From contig JBNKCR010000050.1 of NCBI GenBank assembly GCA_050287845.1, positions 1-48,232 on the forward strand: a DNA stretch of 48,232 bases, given 5' to 3'. Positions 36,971 to 47,043 of this stretch are shown here, in pieces. Position 1 is the stretch's first letter. The number at the start of each line of letters is the position of its first letter. A model generated the notes under the pieces. That model did not search any database. It saw nothing but the letters and a program-made list of their open reading frames with translations, and was not told the DNA's origin. The position numbers and the translations under genes were made by a program. This DNA is from Polyangia bacterium (GTDB lineage Bacteria > Myxococcota_A > Polyangia > JAAYKL01).

Positions 36971-38455
36971 TTGAGAAACGTTTCTGCGTTTATACCATTT
37001 GCAGCTGGCCTTATTGTGTCTCTTCTGTGGTTGGCCCCTGAAGCAGGCGTGGCGGGCGAATCTCAAAATCAGATTCGGGTCACCACATCAAAGAACAAAC
37101 TGCTTCTCGGCGTGGAAAAGACACTCGAAATCACCATGCATCTTCCCCGCAATTCGGACCTGCACAAATTCAATTTTCAGGCGCTTCATGGTTCCATTTC
37201 GGACGTTGAAGTCGTTCCCGGTAAAAGAAAGGTATTGGCAAGATATACGGCTCCGGAACAGTTTTTTCCGGCAGTGGAGCTTATTGTTGTTTCCGCTTCG
37301 GACGGCGCAACCACCTATTGGGGATTTGATACCATCAAACTGATAGGGCAGGGCAAAGCGAGAATCGAAACCACCCCCAACGCCACCACATTCCTGAGAA
37401 TTGGCAACAGAAGATTTGGACCGACCACCGCGGACGAAACCGGAGAGGCAGTTGTAGACGTCGAAGTGCCACCGGGCGTGACTTATGGCATTGACGACGA
37501 AGGCAATGAGGTTCCGCTGCATCTGCCCGAAGGGACAAGGGCCGCCGTATTCGCAGCCCATGGCCCCCAGATTAATCGGGATGAAACAGAGAATGAAGAT
37601 TTGCTGTTCGTACTGTGGAATCCGGACGGTGAGATGGACACAGTCATGCAATCGCCGTTACTGACTGTCACCGGGGGCGAGGTGTCCGGCATCCATAAAG
37701 TGTCAGACGGCGTTTTTTGCGCATCCTATCGCGTGCATACCGAACCGGGGCCAATCGTGTTCAATATTTATGACGATGCACACCAGTTATTGCAGACGCA
37801 AACCATTGAGCTGGTGGGTAAGGAAGATTTCAGCGAAACCGCGGTAATTGTCGAGGATCAGAAGGAAGAAAAAAAAGAAGTCAGACCGCCGTCGGTAAAA
37901 AAGAAGGCGCCGCCACCGGCATTGCCGGGTGAGTATCAAATGTTTCTCTCGGCAGTGGGGGGAGTGAATACTGATTTCGGCGATTGGTTGGCCCCGGTGG
38001 TCAAGGTGGGGTTTGATTTTCGTCTGCCCGCCCGACCGCTGCTTGGCGTCGGCATTCGATTGGGAGCGCAGGTGGATACCCAGAAGGATGACCTGCGGAG
38101 CGCTGGCCAGCAAACGCAGGTGTCGAGTACAACATATGTTTTCCCGGCTACCGTCCATTTCAGCTATCGAATGCCATTTCGCCCAATGTGGTATATCACC
38201 CCCGGAATAGATATCGGTCTGGCCGTGGTGTACAGCTCCCAGAAAATGACAGGGTTCCCCCGTCAGAAAGAGTCACGCCCACAATTCACAGCAGCGGCTT
38301 CCATATCGGCAGAACGCGTGCTGGGACCGGGCATGCTGGTGGGGCAGCTGAATGTCACCTATCTGCACAGTGCGTTGAACATCATCGTCGGTTCCATGTT
38401 CGGCGTGGAAGGTCTGGTGGGATACCGGTTCGCATTTGGAAAGCCCCGGCGGTGA
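36971..38455 (+). CDS. Exported protein with Ig-like N-terminal domains and a probable C-terminal outer-membrane beta-barrel
   Basis: Signal peptide; ARYTAP motif; Pro/Lys linker; alternating amphipathic strands ending GLVGYRF. Confidence 0.7.
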   Translation: MRNVSAFIPFAAGLIVSLLWLAPEAGVAGESQNQIRVTTSKNKLLLGVEKTLEITMHLPRNSDLHKFNFQALHGSISDVEVVPGKRKVLARYTAPEQFFPAVELIVVSASDGATTYWGFDTIKLIGQGKARIETTPNATTFLRIGNRRFGPTTADETGEAVVDVEVPPGVTYGIDDEGNEVPLHLPEGTRAAVFAAHGPQINRDETENEDLLFVLWNPDGEMDTVMQSPLLTVTGGEVSGIHKVSDGVFCASYRVHTEPGPIVFNIYDDAHQLLQTQTIELVGKEDFSETAVIVEDQKEEKKEVRPPSVKKKAPPPALPGEYQMFLSAVGGVNTDFGDWLAPVVKVGFDFRLPARPLLGVGIRLGAQVDTQKDDLRSAGQQTQVSSTTYVFPATVHFSYRMPFRPMWYITPGIDIGLAVVYSSQKMTGFPRQKESRPQFTAAASISAERVLGPGMLVGQLNVTYLHSALNIIVGSMFGVEGLVGYRFAFGKPRR

Positions 38456-38461
38456 ATCCCG

Positions 38462-38971
38462 TCACTTTTTATCTTCAGCCTTTTTCAGAGTGCGCATCAA
38501 TCCAATCATAAAAAACATTACCAGTATCAGTGGCACTGAGATGAATCCGGGAACGATGACCATCACCGGCAGCCTCACCACAGGCATCCCCACGTTGCTC
38601 TGATATACCCATTGAAAAATGCCGAGAAAGAAAATGTTCAGAAGCACCATGACCGTTTCCATGAATCCCTGAAGCATCAGGATAAGGGTCTGGCGCCGCT
38701 CTGGATTGGCCAGCCAGTATTCTTTTCGGGGAACACTGAGAATGCGATCATTGAAGCGGGGCATCAGCACCCGGAGCGCGACCATCGCAATGTTGGAAAG
38801 GACAACAATGGCCAGCCATTCTCCGAAAAAGAATGTCGGCGATATGGCGTGGCCAACCTCAGATCCCACCCGGGCCGGAAAATATTGACAGGTCGCCGCA
38901 ATGTACCCCATGTGAACGGCAAATGGAAATACCCACAAATATCGAAGTAATTTTGACAACGCATTCTCCAT
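38462..38971 (-). CDS. Membrane protein, DUF1648-like
   Basis: Four hydrophobic segments; FPARV and SVPRKEYW motifs. Confidence 0.6.
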   Translation of the reverse strand: MENALSKLLRYLWVFPFAVHMGYIAATCQYFPARVGSEVGHAISPTFFFGEWLAIVVLSNIAMVALRVLMPRFNDRILSVPRKEYWLANPERRQTLILMLQGFMETVMVLLNIFFLGIFQWVYQSNVGMPVVRLPVMVIVPGFISVPLILVMFFMIGLMRTLKKAEDKK

Positions 38972-38972
38972 G

Positions 38973-40268
38973 CTATTGCGGGGATTCGACAGTTGTATCC
39001 ATGGCTTGCAGAAGCGGCGCGATGGCGTCGATGCGAATTCCGAAGTTGTACCCGCTCATCATTTTTCCTTCAGCGGCATATCCGCCGGCGTTGATGCCCA
39101 CCACATTGCCGTTGAGATTGAACATCGGGCTGCCAGACGTGCCTTCGCTGATAACCGCCGAATGCTGCAGCAGAATGTTCTCTTCAAACGGGCCGATTTG
39201 CTGATGAATATTGGTGACGCGGCCAATTTCTCCTCTGACGAAGGTGGCCACCGGCGCTGCCAGATTGCTCAGTCGTCCGGGAAAGCCATAAATGTAGACA
39301 AAGGATCCCTGCTCCAGGGATTTCAGCTCCGACTGCGCCGCCATTGTCACCCACGAATCCAATATGGCGGATATTTGCAGCAGGCCCACGTCCGGTGTAA
39401 TGCTTCCCGATAAATACTCAGGATGCCGAATTAATTTTTGAACCTGGTATTTTTTTTGCGGCTCCAGATTCATGAGAGCCCAGACTTCGCGATACTTGCG
39501 CTGTGCTTTTTCCACACAATGCGCGTTGGTGGCCAGCACGTTGGGACCGATGGCAAATCCTGTGCAGAATCCCTGCCAGTTGTTTGAATCCTTCGGTTCG
39601 GTCCGCGGCATTCCGGCCAGCAGATAGATATTGTGTCGATGGGAGCGGGCTATCTGTTCGGCGGCGTCGGATTCCGTTGCCAGCAATTTTACCATGGGTA
39701 TCTGCCGGGTGGTGTATACGTAGAATCCGAGCACCGTCCCCATCACCACCAGAAGCGCGAAAATCAGGGCAACCGCAATCCGATACTTGCGCGTTTTCAG
39801 ATTCAGGCGATTTTCAAGCATTGCTTCGAAATAGGAGGTCGTCCGATTGACGCTGCTGCCGGCGGATTTCAATGCCTGTTGAATCATCATGCCCACAGTT
39901 TTCTGCCCGTATATCTTCCGGGTGACGGAATTGGTGGGTTTCACTCGGGTGAATTGTTTCTGCCACAGCGAAATTTCAAATCGCGGCCCTCCAATGCCAA
40001 GCTGAACCACATCACCGTCGGCAATCTGGGTTTTAGAGATGCGTTGACCATTTAAAAAGGTGCCACTGGCGCTCCCCATATCCTGAATGAAGACGGTTTC
40101 ATCTATCTGTCGAATCTGAGTATGGTAAGGGGCAACGTCTGTATCTTCCGGCAGATTGAAAACCATATCATTGTCGTTCTTCCCGCCAAGATTCACAATG
40201 CTCACATCATGGAATTCCACAGATTTATCTGCGCGGATTCCATTTTGAAAAAGTAGCTTCAGTTTCAT
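38973..40268 (-). CDS. FHA domain - TM - trypsin-like serine protease
   Basis: FHA: IQDMGSASGTFLNG..I..GDVVQLG; protease triad ATNAHC, PDVGLL, GTSGSPMF. Confidence 0.9.
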   Translation of the reverse strand: MKLKLLFQNGIRADKSVEFHDVSIVNLGGKNDNDMVFNLPEDTDVAPYHTQIRQIDETVFIQDMGSASGTFLNGQRISKTQIADGDVVQLGIGGPRFEISLWQKQFTRVKPTNSVTRKIYGQKTVGMMIQQALKSAGSSVNRTTSYFEAMLENRLNLKTRKYRIAVALIFALLVVMGTVLGFYVYTTRQIPMVKLLATESDAAEQIARSHRHNIYLLAGMPRTEPKDSNNWQGFCTGFAIGPNVLATNAHCVEKAQRKYREVWALMNLEPQKKYQVQKLIRHPEYLSGSITPDVGLLQISAILDSWVTMAAQSELKSLEQGSFVYIYGFPGRLSNLAAPVATFVRGEIGRVTNIHQQIGPFEENILLQHSAVISEGTSGSPMFNLNGNVVGINAGGYAAEGKMMSGYNFGIRIDAIAPLLQAMDTTVESPQ

Positions 40269-40280
40269 CTGTTCGTTCTT

Positions 40281-41054
40281 TTACCGGAGATATTTCAGGA
40301 TGCGGTTCTCCAGAACCTGCCAGTCGTCAACCAGTTGACCACATAAATACACAGCCGGCGTACATGTGACACAATGGGCGCGAGCGTTGCTCTTTTCCCA
40401 CTCCAGAAACGACTGTGAGCGGTTGCCCGGAGCGTTGGCATCAGAAGACGCGGTGCTGGTCGCGGCATCGTACGCGGTCATATCGATGTCCAGCTGATAC
40501 ATGGCCAAATCCCGCAAAGCGAGATAATCGAAATAAACCCCGGTGTAACGATACAGTATGTCATGAAATTGCCAGAATTTTTCCATACTCTGCTGAGATA
40601 TGGCAAAAGCCGCCATATGATAGTGCCAATAATCATTGAACGGGTAATGGTGAAAATAGAACCGCACACGTGAATCGATTTCGGGTCTGGATTCGAGGAG
40701 TTCATCCACATACGCAGCAAAATGCGCGCAGTGGGGGCAGTGCAATGCGGAATAATGCTCCACCACCAAATCCACCGACTGGGTGCCGCCCTTGTAGGGC
40801 GAAAAGCGATTGTCAAACAGGGGGCCGCCATTGCCACAGAGGCCGAAGTCTGCCGGCTTTGCCGCCGGTGGGGTCTCGAACTGAATCAATCCCGTGGTAT
40901 TCAGGGAGGGAATTTCAACCTCCGAATTACACGGCGATTGATTGCATACAAACCGTTCCTCGGCGCATCCCGCTGAAATGACCCAGATCAGTAAGCCCAA
41001 CGGGAGTGCAAAATTACTGAAACAGCTGATTTTTTTGATTTCATGTACGTTCAT
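40281..41054 (-). CDS. DsbA-like thioredoxin-fold lipoprotein
   Basis: Lipobox ISAGC; CPHC active site; VRFYFHHYP; KFWQFHDILY; VTCTP cis-Pro loop. Start set at ATG 41054 (uncertain). Confidence 0.8.
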   Translation of the reverse strand: MNVHEIKKISCFSNFALPLGLLIWVISAGCAEERFVCNQSPCNSEVEIPSLNTTGLIQFETPPAAKPADFGLCGNGGPLFDNRFSPYKGGTQSVDLVVEHYSALHCPHCAHFAAYVDELLESRPEIDSRVRFYFHHYPFNDYWHYHMAAFAISQQSMEKFWQFHDILYRYTGVYFDYLALRDLAMYQLDIDMTAYDAATSTASSDANAPGNRSQSFLEWEKSNARAHCVTCTPAVYLCGQLVDDWQVLENRILKYLR

Positions 41055-41196
41055 GTCAATAAAGTAATCTGTAGTGTTTTCTTTAAGTGACAACATATCA
41101 TATAGATTCATTAAAAATCGAGGAATCATTCGACCGATTGCGCTGCACGTTGCATGCAACCGGTAAATACTGAGAGAGGATGACGTTTTGAGAGGG

Positions 41197-42159
41197 ATGA
41201 CAATACTGAAATTCAACCCCATTTTAAAGTCCGTGATATGGGGTGGGCAGAACCTGACATCGTTGCTGAACCGGCAATTGCCGTCTGATGCGCCATATGG
41301 CGAATCCTGGGAAATCAGTGATTTGGAAGGAAATCAATCCACCGTGATCTCCGGTCCGTTTCGGGGAGATACACTGGCATCTCTCATTCACAAATATCCC
41401 GATGAAATGATGGGAGAGGCATCGTTGCTTAATGACAGATTCCCGCTCCTTTTTAAATTCATCGATGCACAGCAGACCCTGTCCGTGCAGGTTCATCCCG
41501 ATATGGCGGCGTGCGCGGCGTTGAAAAGGGGGGCTCCGAAAACCGAAGCCTGGTACATTATCAGCTGTGCGCCCGATGCGAAGTTATATGTGGGCCTCAA
41601 GGAAGGGGTCACCCGGGAAGCATTCCAGGCAGCGCTGGGGACTGGTACGGTTGATGTGTTGCTGCACCGCAAACACGTGAAGAAGGGTGATTTTGTCTTC
41701 CTGCCCTCCGGGACGGTGCACGCCATCGGAGAAGGCATTGTGCTGGCCGAGGTGCAGCAGTCATCAGATACCACCTATCGGGTCTTCGATTGGAACCGGA
41801 TGGGGCTGGATGGCAAGCCGCGCGCGCTTCATATCGATGAAGCCATGGCATCTATTCACTTCCACGAATGGGGGGAGCCGCCGGCGCAGCCGCCGCAGTC
41901 CGGTCGAGCAGGCGTTCGCTGTGATTATTTTTCAATGGAAACGGTGTCGCTGACCAGCGATGAACAGGCCCAGTTCAACGCCGCCGGGCCGTTGGTGATC
42001 ATGTGTACCGCCGGTGAGGGAGAAATGCATATCGCTGCCGGCACACAGGAGGAGCGGGCCCGGAACGGGGAAACCATTTTCATTCCAGCCGGCCTCAGCA
42101 GCACTGTGACCCTGACAGCCCAGGGGAATATCGAAAGTGTTGTCACATTGATTCCCTGA
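41197..42159 (+). CDS. manA: Mannose-6-phosphate isomerase, type I (short bacterial form)
   Basis: IWGG, GESWEIS, FPLLFKFIDA, LSVQVHP, KTEAWYI, GTVHAIG, EVQQSSDTTYRVFDW. Confidence 0.93.
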   Translation: MTILKFNPILKSVIWGGQNLTSLLNRQLPSDAPYGESWEISDLEGNQSTVISGPFRGDTLASLIHKYPDEMMGEASLLNDRFPLLFKFIDAQQTLSVQVHPDMAACAALKRGAPKTEAWYIISCAPDAKLYVGLKEGVTREAFQAALGTGTVDVLLHRKHVKKGDFVFLPSGTVHAIGEGIVLAEVQQSSDTTYRVFDWNRMGLDGKPRALHIDEAMASIHFHEWGEPPAQPPQSGRAGVRCDYFSMETVSLTSDEQAQFNAAGPLVIMCTAGEGEMHIAAGTQEERARNGETIFIPAGLSSTVTLTAQGNIESVVTLIP

Positions 42160-42180
42160 TTCGCCTGAGTGGGAACTTCA

Positions 42181-45100
42181 TCAGAAGTCCGCGCAGATAC
42201 GGAGTCCCACCGCTATATCCCGGAGTTCCGGGTCGGGAATTTTGCGATTCACCACACGATATTGCATAGATGATGCATTAAAGTCGCCGCCGCGAAGCAC
42301 AAATCCATCCTCCAGAACAGAGTGCGTCCATTCCCACACATTACCCGCCATATCCTGAACCCCGAACGGGCTGTCAGCATTGTCGGAATCAGACACTTCT
42401 CCGTGGGGAAACAATCTTCTGTCTGCACCTTTGGCGGCGCGCTCCCACTCCCATTCAGAGCAGAGTCTGGCGCCTGGCACCTGGCCGGATTCATCAAGCC
42501 ATTGCGCATATCGCTGGGCTTCCGCACTGGTAATCCCGGTAACTGGCATCTGCAGCCAATCCATCTGAACAACATTCCTGCCAGCGGAAAACGTAACGGG
42601 CTGCCCTTCGACAGCCACCACTTTCTGGGTCGGGAGATTCAACTGCAGCAGCCATTCTCCCTCTGCGGTCGGCCGAAGCATTACTGGCGGCACTGCTTCT
42701 GAATCCTCATCGTCCGTTGTGAACACCAGGTTCTCATTCATCATGGCCGCATCGTCCGGTGACGTCACGTCTTCCAGAAAGGTCAGCCACTGTTCGTAGG
42801 TTACTTCCCTGCGTCCAATCAAATATCCCGGCGTCGCCACCAGTTGCGCAGGGACGGTGTGAAAGACATTTTTTCGCAGCTCCTCAGAATCTGTACTTCC
42901 CCAGTAAAAATTGCCGGGCGGAATATATATCATGCCATCCGGAACTGCTGAATTCTCCGGCAAGGCAAATGCAATCTGCATTTTCTGGGCTCTGGTGAGC
43001 ACAAACGGATAGTTTACCAGCGCACCGCCCTCGGAAAGTACAGTGGCCAAATACAACCCCGGTTGCAGTTTCATTCTTTCAGTTTGATTGCGGAGGGTTC
43101 CCAGCTTTTCTGAAGAAACCATCCCACTTTCGTCAACCAGTTGCCGGGTCACATCCACTCTGACATCGCGTACCTGTTCGCCATGTGCAACATGAAACGA
43201 AACGGTTGCCGGCGAATTCCATTGGCGCATATATTCACCTTCGTCGTAAATCTGTAAACGGTTCAGGTATTCAATCCGCTGATCCGCCGAATTGGTTTCC
43301 TGGGCCAGCAGGGCGCGTTCGTACAGGATGCGGGCGTACAGCTTTTTTACTGCTGAACCGTTCTGCGCCTGCAACAGGGCGGATTCCAGATGTCGGGTGG
43401 CCTCGGCGTACCATTTTTCAAGGGGCTTGATTTGTTCAAGATATTTCTGCCACTGCTGCTCCGCCTCACTGATGCGCCGGGTTCGAAACAGCTTGAATGC
43501 CTGTTTCCGGGTGGCATGTAAATTTCCGGTGTGCTGTTGAATTCGTTCCAACACCTCCCTGGCGGCCTTTATTTCAGCATGGCCCAGAAAGGACTCCTGA
43601 GGCTTCTGTGTAAAGATCCGTCCCGACAGCATAATGAACACGGCCAGCGGAATACAGACAATAATTAACCATGTGATCACAGTTCTCAGATAGTATGCAC
43701 GTCTGGAAGCCCGGAGGAACCGCAGAGAGAGGTCGTTCAGATTTTTTTCTTTCAGCAGTCGACTCTCATCCAGGTAAATTTTCTTCCACAGGGCGTCATT
43801 GGCGTAGTTGAGGCGCTCCCATTCCTCCGCAGCTCTTTGAAGCCGCTCGTGAATCAATGCCGATTCGGTATCTGCGGAAAGCCAGGTAGCGAGAGTACTC
43901 CATCCGGTAATCAGGGATTCATGAGCGATTTCATAAATCGTTCCTTCAACTGTTTCCCGGGCAACAATGAGGCGACCGCGGGTGAGATAATGAATCGCAT
44001 CTCGGAATTCCTTGCGATTTTCCGGGTTCAGCTCGTCGATGGATTTGCGGGCACGGGTTTTCTGCGCCGTTACCAATTTAAGGATAATCTGTCTTGCGGC
44101 TTCCCGGGTCTGGGGCGGCAACTGGTCATACACATTGTCCGCATGGCGGGACAGGGCGCCATCCACCCCGCCAATGGCCTCCAGCGTACTCATCGATATC
44201 ACATCGCGTTTTCGGGCCTCCCACAACTCCCGCAGCGTGAACTGCAGCAGTGGCAGTCCGCCGTCCGCATTCACCGTTGCATTCACCAGACTTACCACAA
44301 GTTCGTCGGACTCAAAGGAAATTCCTTTAACATTCGCGGGCCCCACCACCGCTTCCGTAATTCGATCGCGGGTCATGGGACGGACAAAGAAGAGCGCGGT
44401 GGAAATTTGCTCACTCAACTGTGGCAATGTCGCCACATTGCTTAAAAAATCACCTCGAACCGTGGCGAGAAGACGCACCCCGGGGGTGGAGATGGAAAGC
44501 CATTTGAGAAGTTCCGCAACAGCTTCGGCTTCTTTTGGATCGGACAGCGTGACCAGCTCTTCGAGCTGATCGATGAATATCAGCAGCCCTCCCTCCGGAC
44601 CGGAAGCGGCGCGCAGCATTCGCGCAATATTGGCCGGTTCATGGCGGATGGCTTCCTCAATTTCCTTTTCGCTCTCCTGAATGAAAACAGACAAAGATGC
44701 CGAAAACGATACCACCGGATGGGGCCCGGGAATGATGGTCATCGATCGCCATTTCCTGGAGTCGCTGAACCAGCTTTCCACTCGGGGAATGATGCCCGCT
44801 CTGCAAAGGGATGATTTCCCGATACCCGAATCTCCGGCCACCACAACAAGGGGTTCTGATTTCAGCCGTTCCAGAATCAATCGAATCTCGGAGTCTCTGC
44901 CAAAAAACAGATTCCGGTGTTCCGCTTCAAACGGATGCAGCCCCCGATACGGATTTCCTTCCGGCGATACCTCGGTACGCATTTCCGGGGTCAACTGGGC
45001 AATGGCCATCCGGATTTCGTTTCCGTTGGCATATCGTTTTATCGGATTGCGCTTCAGGCATTTATTGACCACCGCGGCCAGACCGGGATGAATACCGGGG

Positions 45101-45990
45101 ACAACGGTCTGGAGCAGTGGCGCATCTGACGTGACGCATTTTCTGCCAATTTCCTTCGCGGTTTTACCGTTGTGGGGGGATTCTCCAGAGCACAGGAAAA
45201 ACAATAGCGCACCGAAGGAATATACGTCTGAACGAAACGTCGCTTCCTTGCCGCGCCATACTTCCGGCGCCATATAGCGGGGCGTTCCGATTGCCGTCCC
45301 CGGCCGGGTCAATTCCTTTTCGTGGATGGGCGTATCATCGGCCACCACGGCATCAATCTCTTCGGTGCTGCCTTTTTCACGGACCGGTTCATAGCGAATG
45401 GAGTTATCGAGGATGTCGTCCGTATCATCATCGAGCATCTCCGCCGGCAGATACTCCATGAATTCCCACACCGGTTTGGAAGGTGACGTTGTGTTCGACA
45501 TGGATTCAAGAAGCTTGGCAATTCCGAAGTCCAGAATTTTGGCCTCGCCACTGTCTGTGACCATGATGTTTCCGGGTTTGATATCGCGATGGATGACCCC
45601 CTGCTTGTGGGCAGCGGCCAGTCCCCGGGCAATCCCGGACGCAATCTGGATAATCCGGTTGATACTGGTGCGCCGGAATGAAAATCCGTCCAGAGGTTTT
45701 CCCTGCACGTATTCCGAGACCAGATATGGAAAGCCATTCACTTCGCCCACACGGTAAATGGATACAACGTTGGGATGCTGTAATCGGGCGAATGCTCTCG
45801 CTTCAAGCAGAAATCGCGTTCTGGCAATTTCGTCGGCACGGGCAGAAGTGATGAATTTGATGGCAACGTATCGATCGAGCAGCGTATCCAGGGCTTTGTG
45901 CACTTCGCCCATCCCACCTTTTCCCAGTCTTCTTATCAGCTCGTAGCCGTCGAATTCCCGGGGAGGGGACAATTGTGTTCCGGAACTCAT
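42181..45990 (-). CDS. Ser/Thr protein kinase - nSTAND1-type NTPase - TM - helical region - FGE-sulfatase (SUMF1-like) domain
   Basis: LGKGGMGEV, VAIK, HRDIKPGN, DFG, YMAPE; NPYRGL..F...FFGR, GDSGIGKSSL, IDQLEEL, GGLPLLQF; TM; RLCSEWEWERAAKGAD, DMAGNVWEW, GLRIC. Confidence 0.92.
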   Translation of the reverse strand: MSSGTQLSPPREFDGYELIRRLGKGGMGEVHKALDTLLDRYVAIKFITSARADEIARTRFLLEARAFARLQHPNVVSIYRVGEVNGFPYLVSEYVQGKPLDGFSFRRTSINRIIQIASGIARGLAAAHKQGVIHRDIKPGNIMVTDSGEAKILDFGIAKLLESMSNTTSPSKPVWEFMEYLPAEMLDDDTDDILDNSIRYEPVREKGSTEEIDAVVADDTPIHEKELTRPGTAIGTPRYMAPEVWRGKEATFRSDVYSFGALLFFLCSGESPHNGKTAKEIGRKCVTSDAPLLQTVVPGIHPGLAAVVNKCLKRNPIKRYANGNEIRMAIAQLTPEMRTEVSPEGNPYRGLHPFEAEHRNLFFGRDSEIRLILERLKSEPLVVVAGDSGIGKSSLCRAGIIPRVESWFSDSRKWRSMTIIPGPHPVVSFSASLSVFIQESEKEIEEAIRHEPANIARMLRAASGPEGGLLIFIDQLEELVTLSDPKEAEAVAELLKWLSISTPGVRLLATVRGDFLSNVATLPQLSEQISTALFFVRPMTRDRITEAVVGPANVKGISFESDELVVSLVNATVNADGGLPLLQFTLRELWEARKRDVISMSTLEAIGGVDGALSRHADNVYDQLPPQTREAARQIILKLVTAQKTRARKSIDELNPENRKEFRDAIHYLTRGRLIVARETVEGTIYEIAHESLITGWSTLATWLSADTESALIHERLQRAAEEWERLNYANDALWKKIYLDESRLLKEKNLNDLSLRFLRASRRAYYLRTVITWLIIVCIPLAVFIMLSGRIFTQKPQESFLGHAEIKAAREVLERIQQHTGNLHATRKQAFKLFRTRRISEAEQQWQKYLEQIKPLEKWYAEATRHLESALLQAQNGSAVKKLYARILYERALLAQETNSADQRIEYLNRLQIYDEGEYMRQWNSPATVSFHVAHGEQVRDVRVDVTRQLVDESGMVSSEKLGTLRNQTERMKLQPGLYLATVLSEGGALVNYPFVLTRAQKMQIAFALPENSAVPDGMIYIPPGNFYWGSTDSEELRKNVFHTVPAQLVATPGYLIGRREVTYEQWLTFLEDVTSPDDAAMMNENLVFTTDDEDSEAVPPVMLRPTAEGEWLLQLNLPTQKVVAVEGQPVTFSAGRNVVQMDWLQMPVTGITSAEAQRYAQWLDESGQVPGARLCSEWEWERAAKGADRRLFPHGEVSDSDNADSPFGVQDMAGNVWEWTHSVLEDGFVLRGGDFNASSMQYRVVNRKIPDPELRDIAVGLRICADF

Positions 45991-46156
45991 CGATTCAGTC
46001 CTCGCAGGAAAAAGTAACGTTTGCCAGTAAGAACTTCATTGCGCCAATGCCTCAACATGTGACTGCATATTGTGAATAATACACTATTTTTTCCGAAATA
46101 CGAATGATTGCGGTCATTTTCTGTATACTACCGGTGCGAAAAGTAAATCGATGACG

Positions 46157-46660
46157 TCAGCCGTGCGCAAGGAGCGCGATACTCACATTGAAAAATTTAT
46201 CTCCCATCAATCCAATGGGTACTTCCGTGAGCTCAAACATCACCGAGATGGAGGTGATATTCTTGGTGTGATACATGGTGTAGTTCGCACCAAAAATAAC
46301 GGCAGGCAGGGAAATGGTTTGAAATTCATGGTCTGTTCCCATGAGCAGTTCCTTGAACCTGCCGGCAATCATATTACCGATTTCACAGAGTGCATCAATC
46401 GCATCGTCGTCGAGGGTGCTGATCGGTTCTCCCATCAGTTTACCGGCCAGATGCATTGCCGTGCGCTCTGATACGTTCAGTGCCATATTGCCATTTCGAT
46501 TCTGACCGTGCAGTCCAACAATGACAGATATTTCTTTATTCACGGTGTTGAACTTCGATGCCCCAATGGCGTCCGGTGTCACTTCTGCCATTTCGAGACC
46601 TTCGTTGGTTCCCTGTATCACACAATTGAGCAGCACGTCATCAATCGTCAAACCGTTCAT
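46157..46660 (-). CDS. cheX: CheX-family phosphatase
   Basis: EISVIVGL.G...G, DALCEIGNMIAG (ExxN), ISLPAVIFG. ATG 46660 overlaps the upstream stop (ATGA). Confidence 0.85.
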   Translation of the reverse strand: MNGLTIDDVLLNCVIQGTNEGLEMAEVTPDAIGASKFNTVNKEISVIVGLHGQNRNGNMALNVSERTAMHLAGKLMGEPISTLDDDAIDALCEIGNMIAGRFKELLMGTDHEFQTISLPAVIFGANYTMYHTKNITSISVMFELTEVPIGLMGDKFFNVSIALLAHG

Positions 46661-47043
46661 TGCATTGCTCCTTGTTCCTGACATAATACATCATCAACCG
46701 TCGAAATGAGATCTGCCTTTTCAAAAGGCTTAATCAGGGTACCGTCCACGCCCAGGGTTGTTGCGATTTTCAGATAATTTTCTGCCGGAAGCCTATATCC
46801 ACCGGATATTGCGATGATTCGCGCGGACGGTGAAATTTTCCGAAGTTCAACAATCGTTTCGATACCTTCTTTTTTGGGCATAATCAAATCGGTGATTACC
46901 AGGTCAAAATTGTTGTCGCGAAACAGTTGAAGTCCCTGTTCACCATCCCCGGCCAGCACTACATTGTGACTGGATCTCTCCAGCGTCTGCTTCAACACAT
47001 CTCTGATAAATGGGTCGTCATCAATAACAAGTATTCGTGCCAT
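46657..47043 (-). CDS. Single-domain response regulator (CheY-like)
   Basis: ILVIDDD, DLVITDLIMP, IAISGG, KPF. Confidence 0.93.
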   Translation of the reverse strand: MARILVIDDDPFIRDVLKQTLERSSHNVVLAGDGEQGLQLFRDNNFDLVITDLIMPKKEGIETIVELRKISPSARIIAISGGYRLPAENYLKIATTLGVDGTLIKPFEKADLISTVDDVLCQEQGAMQ

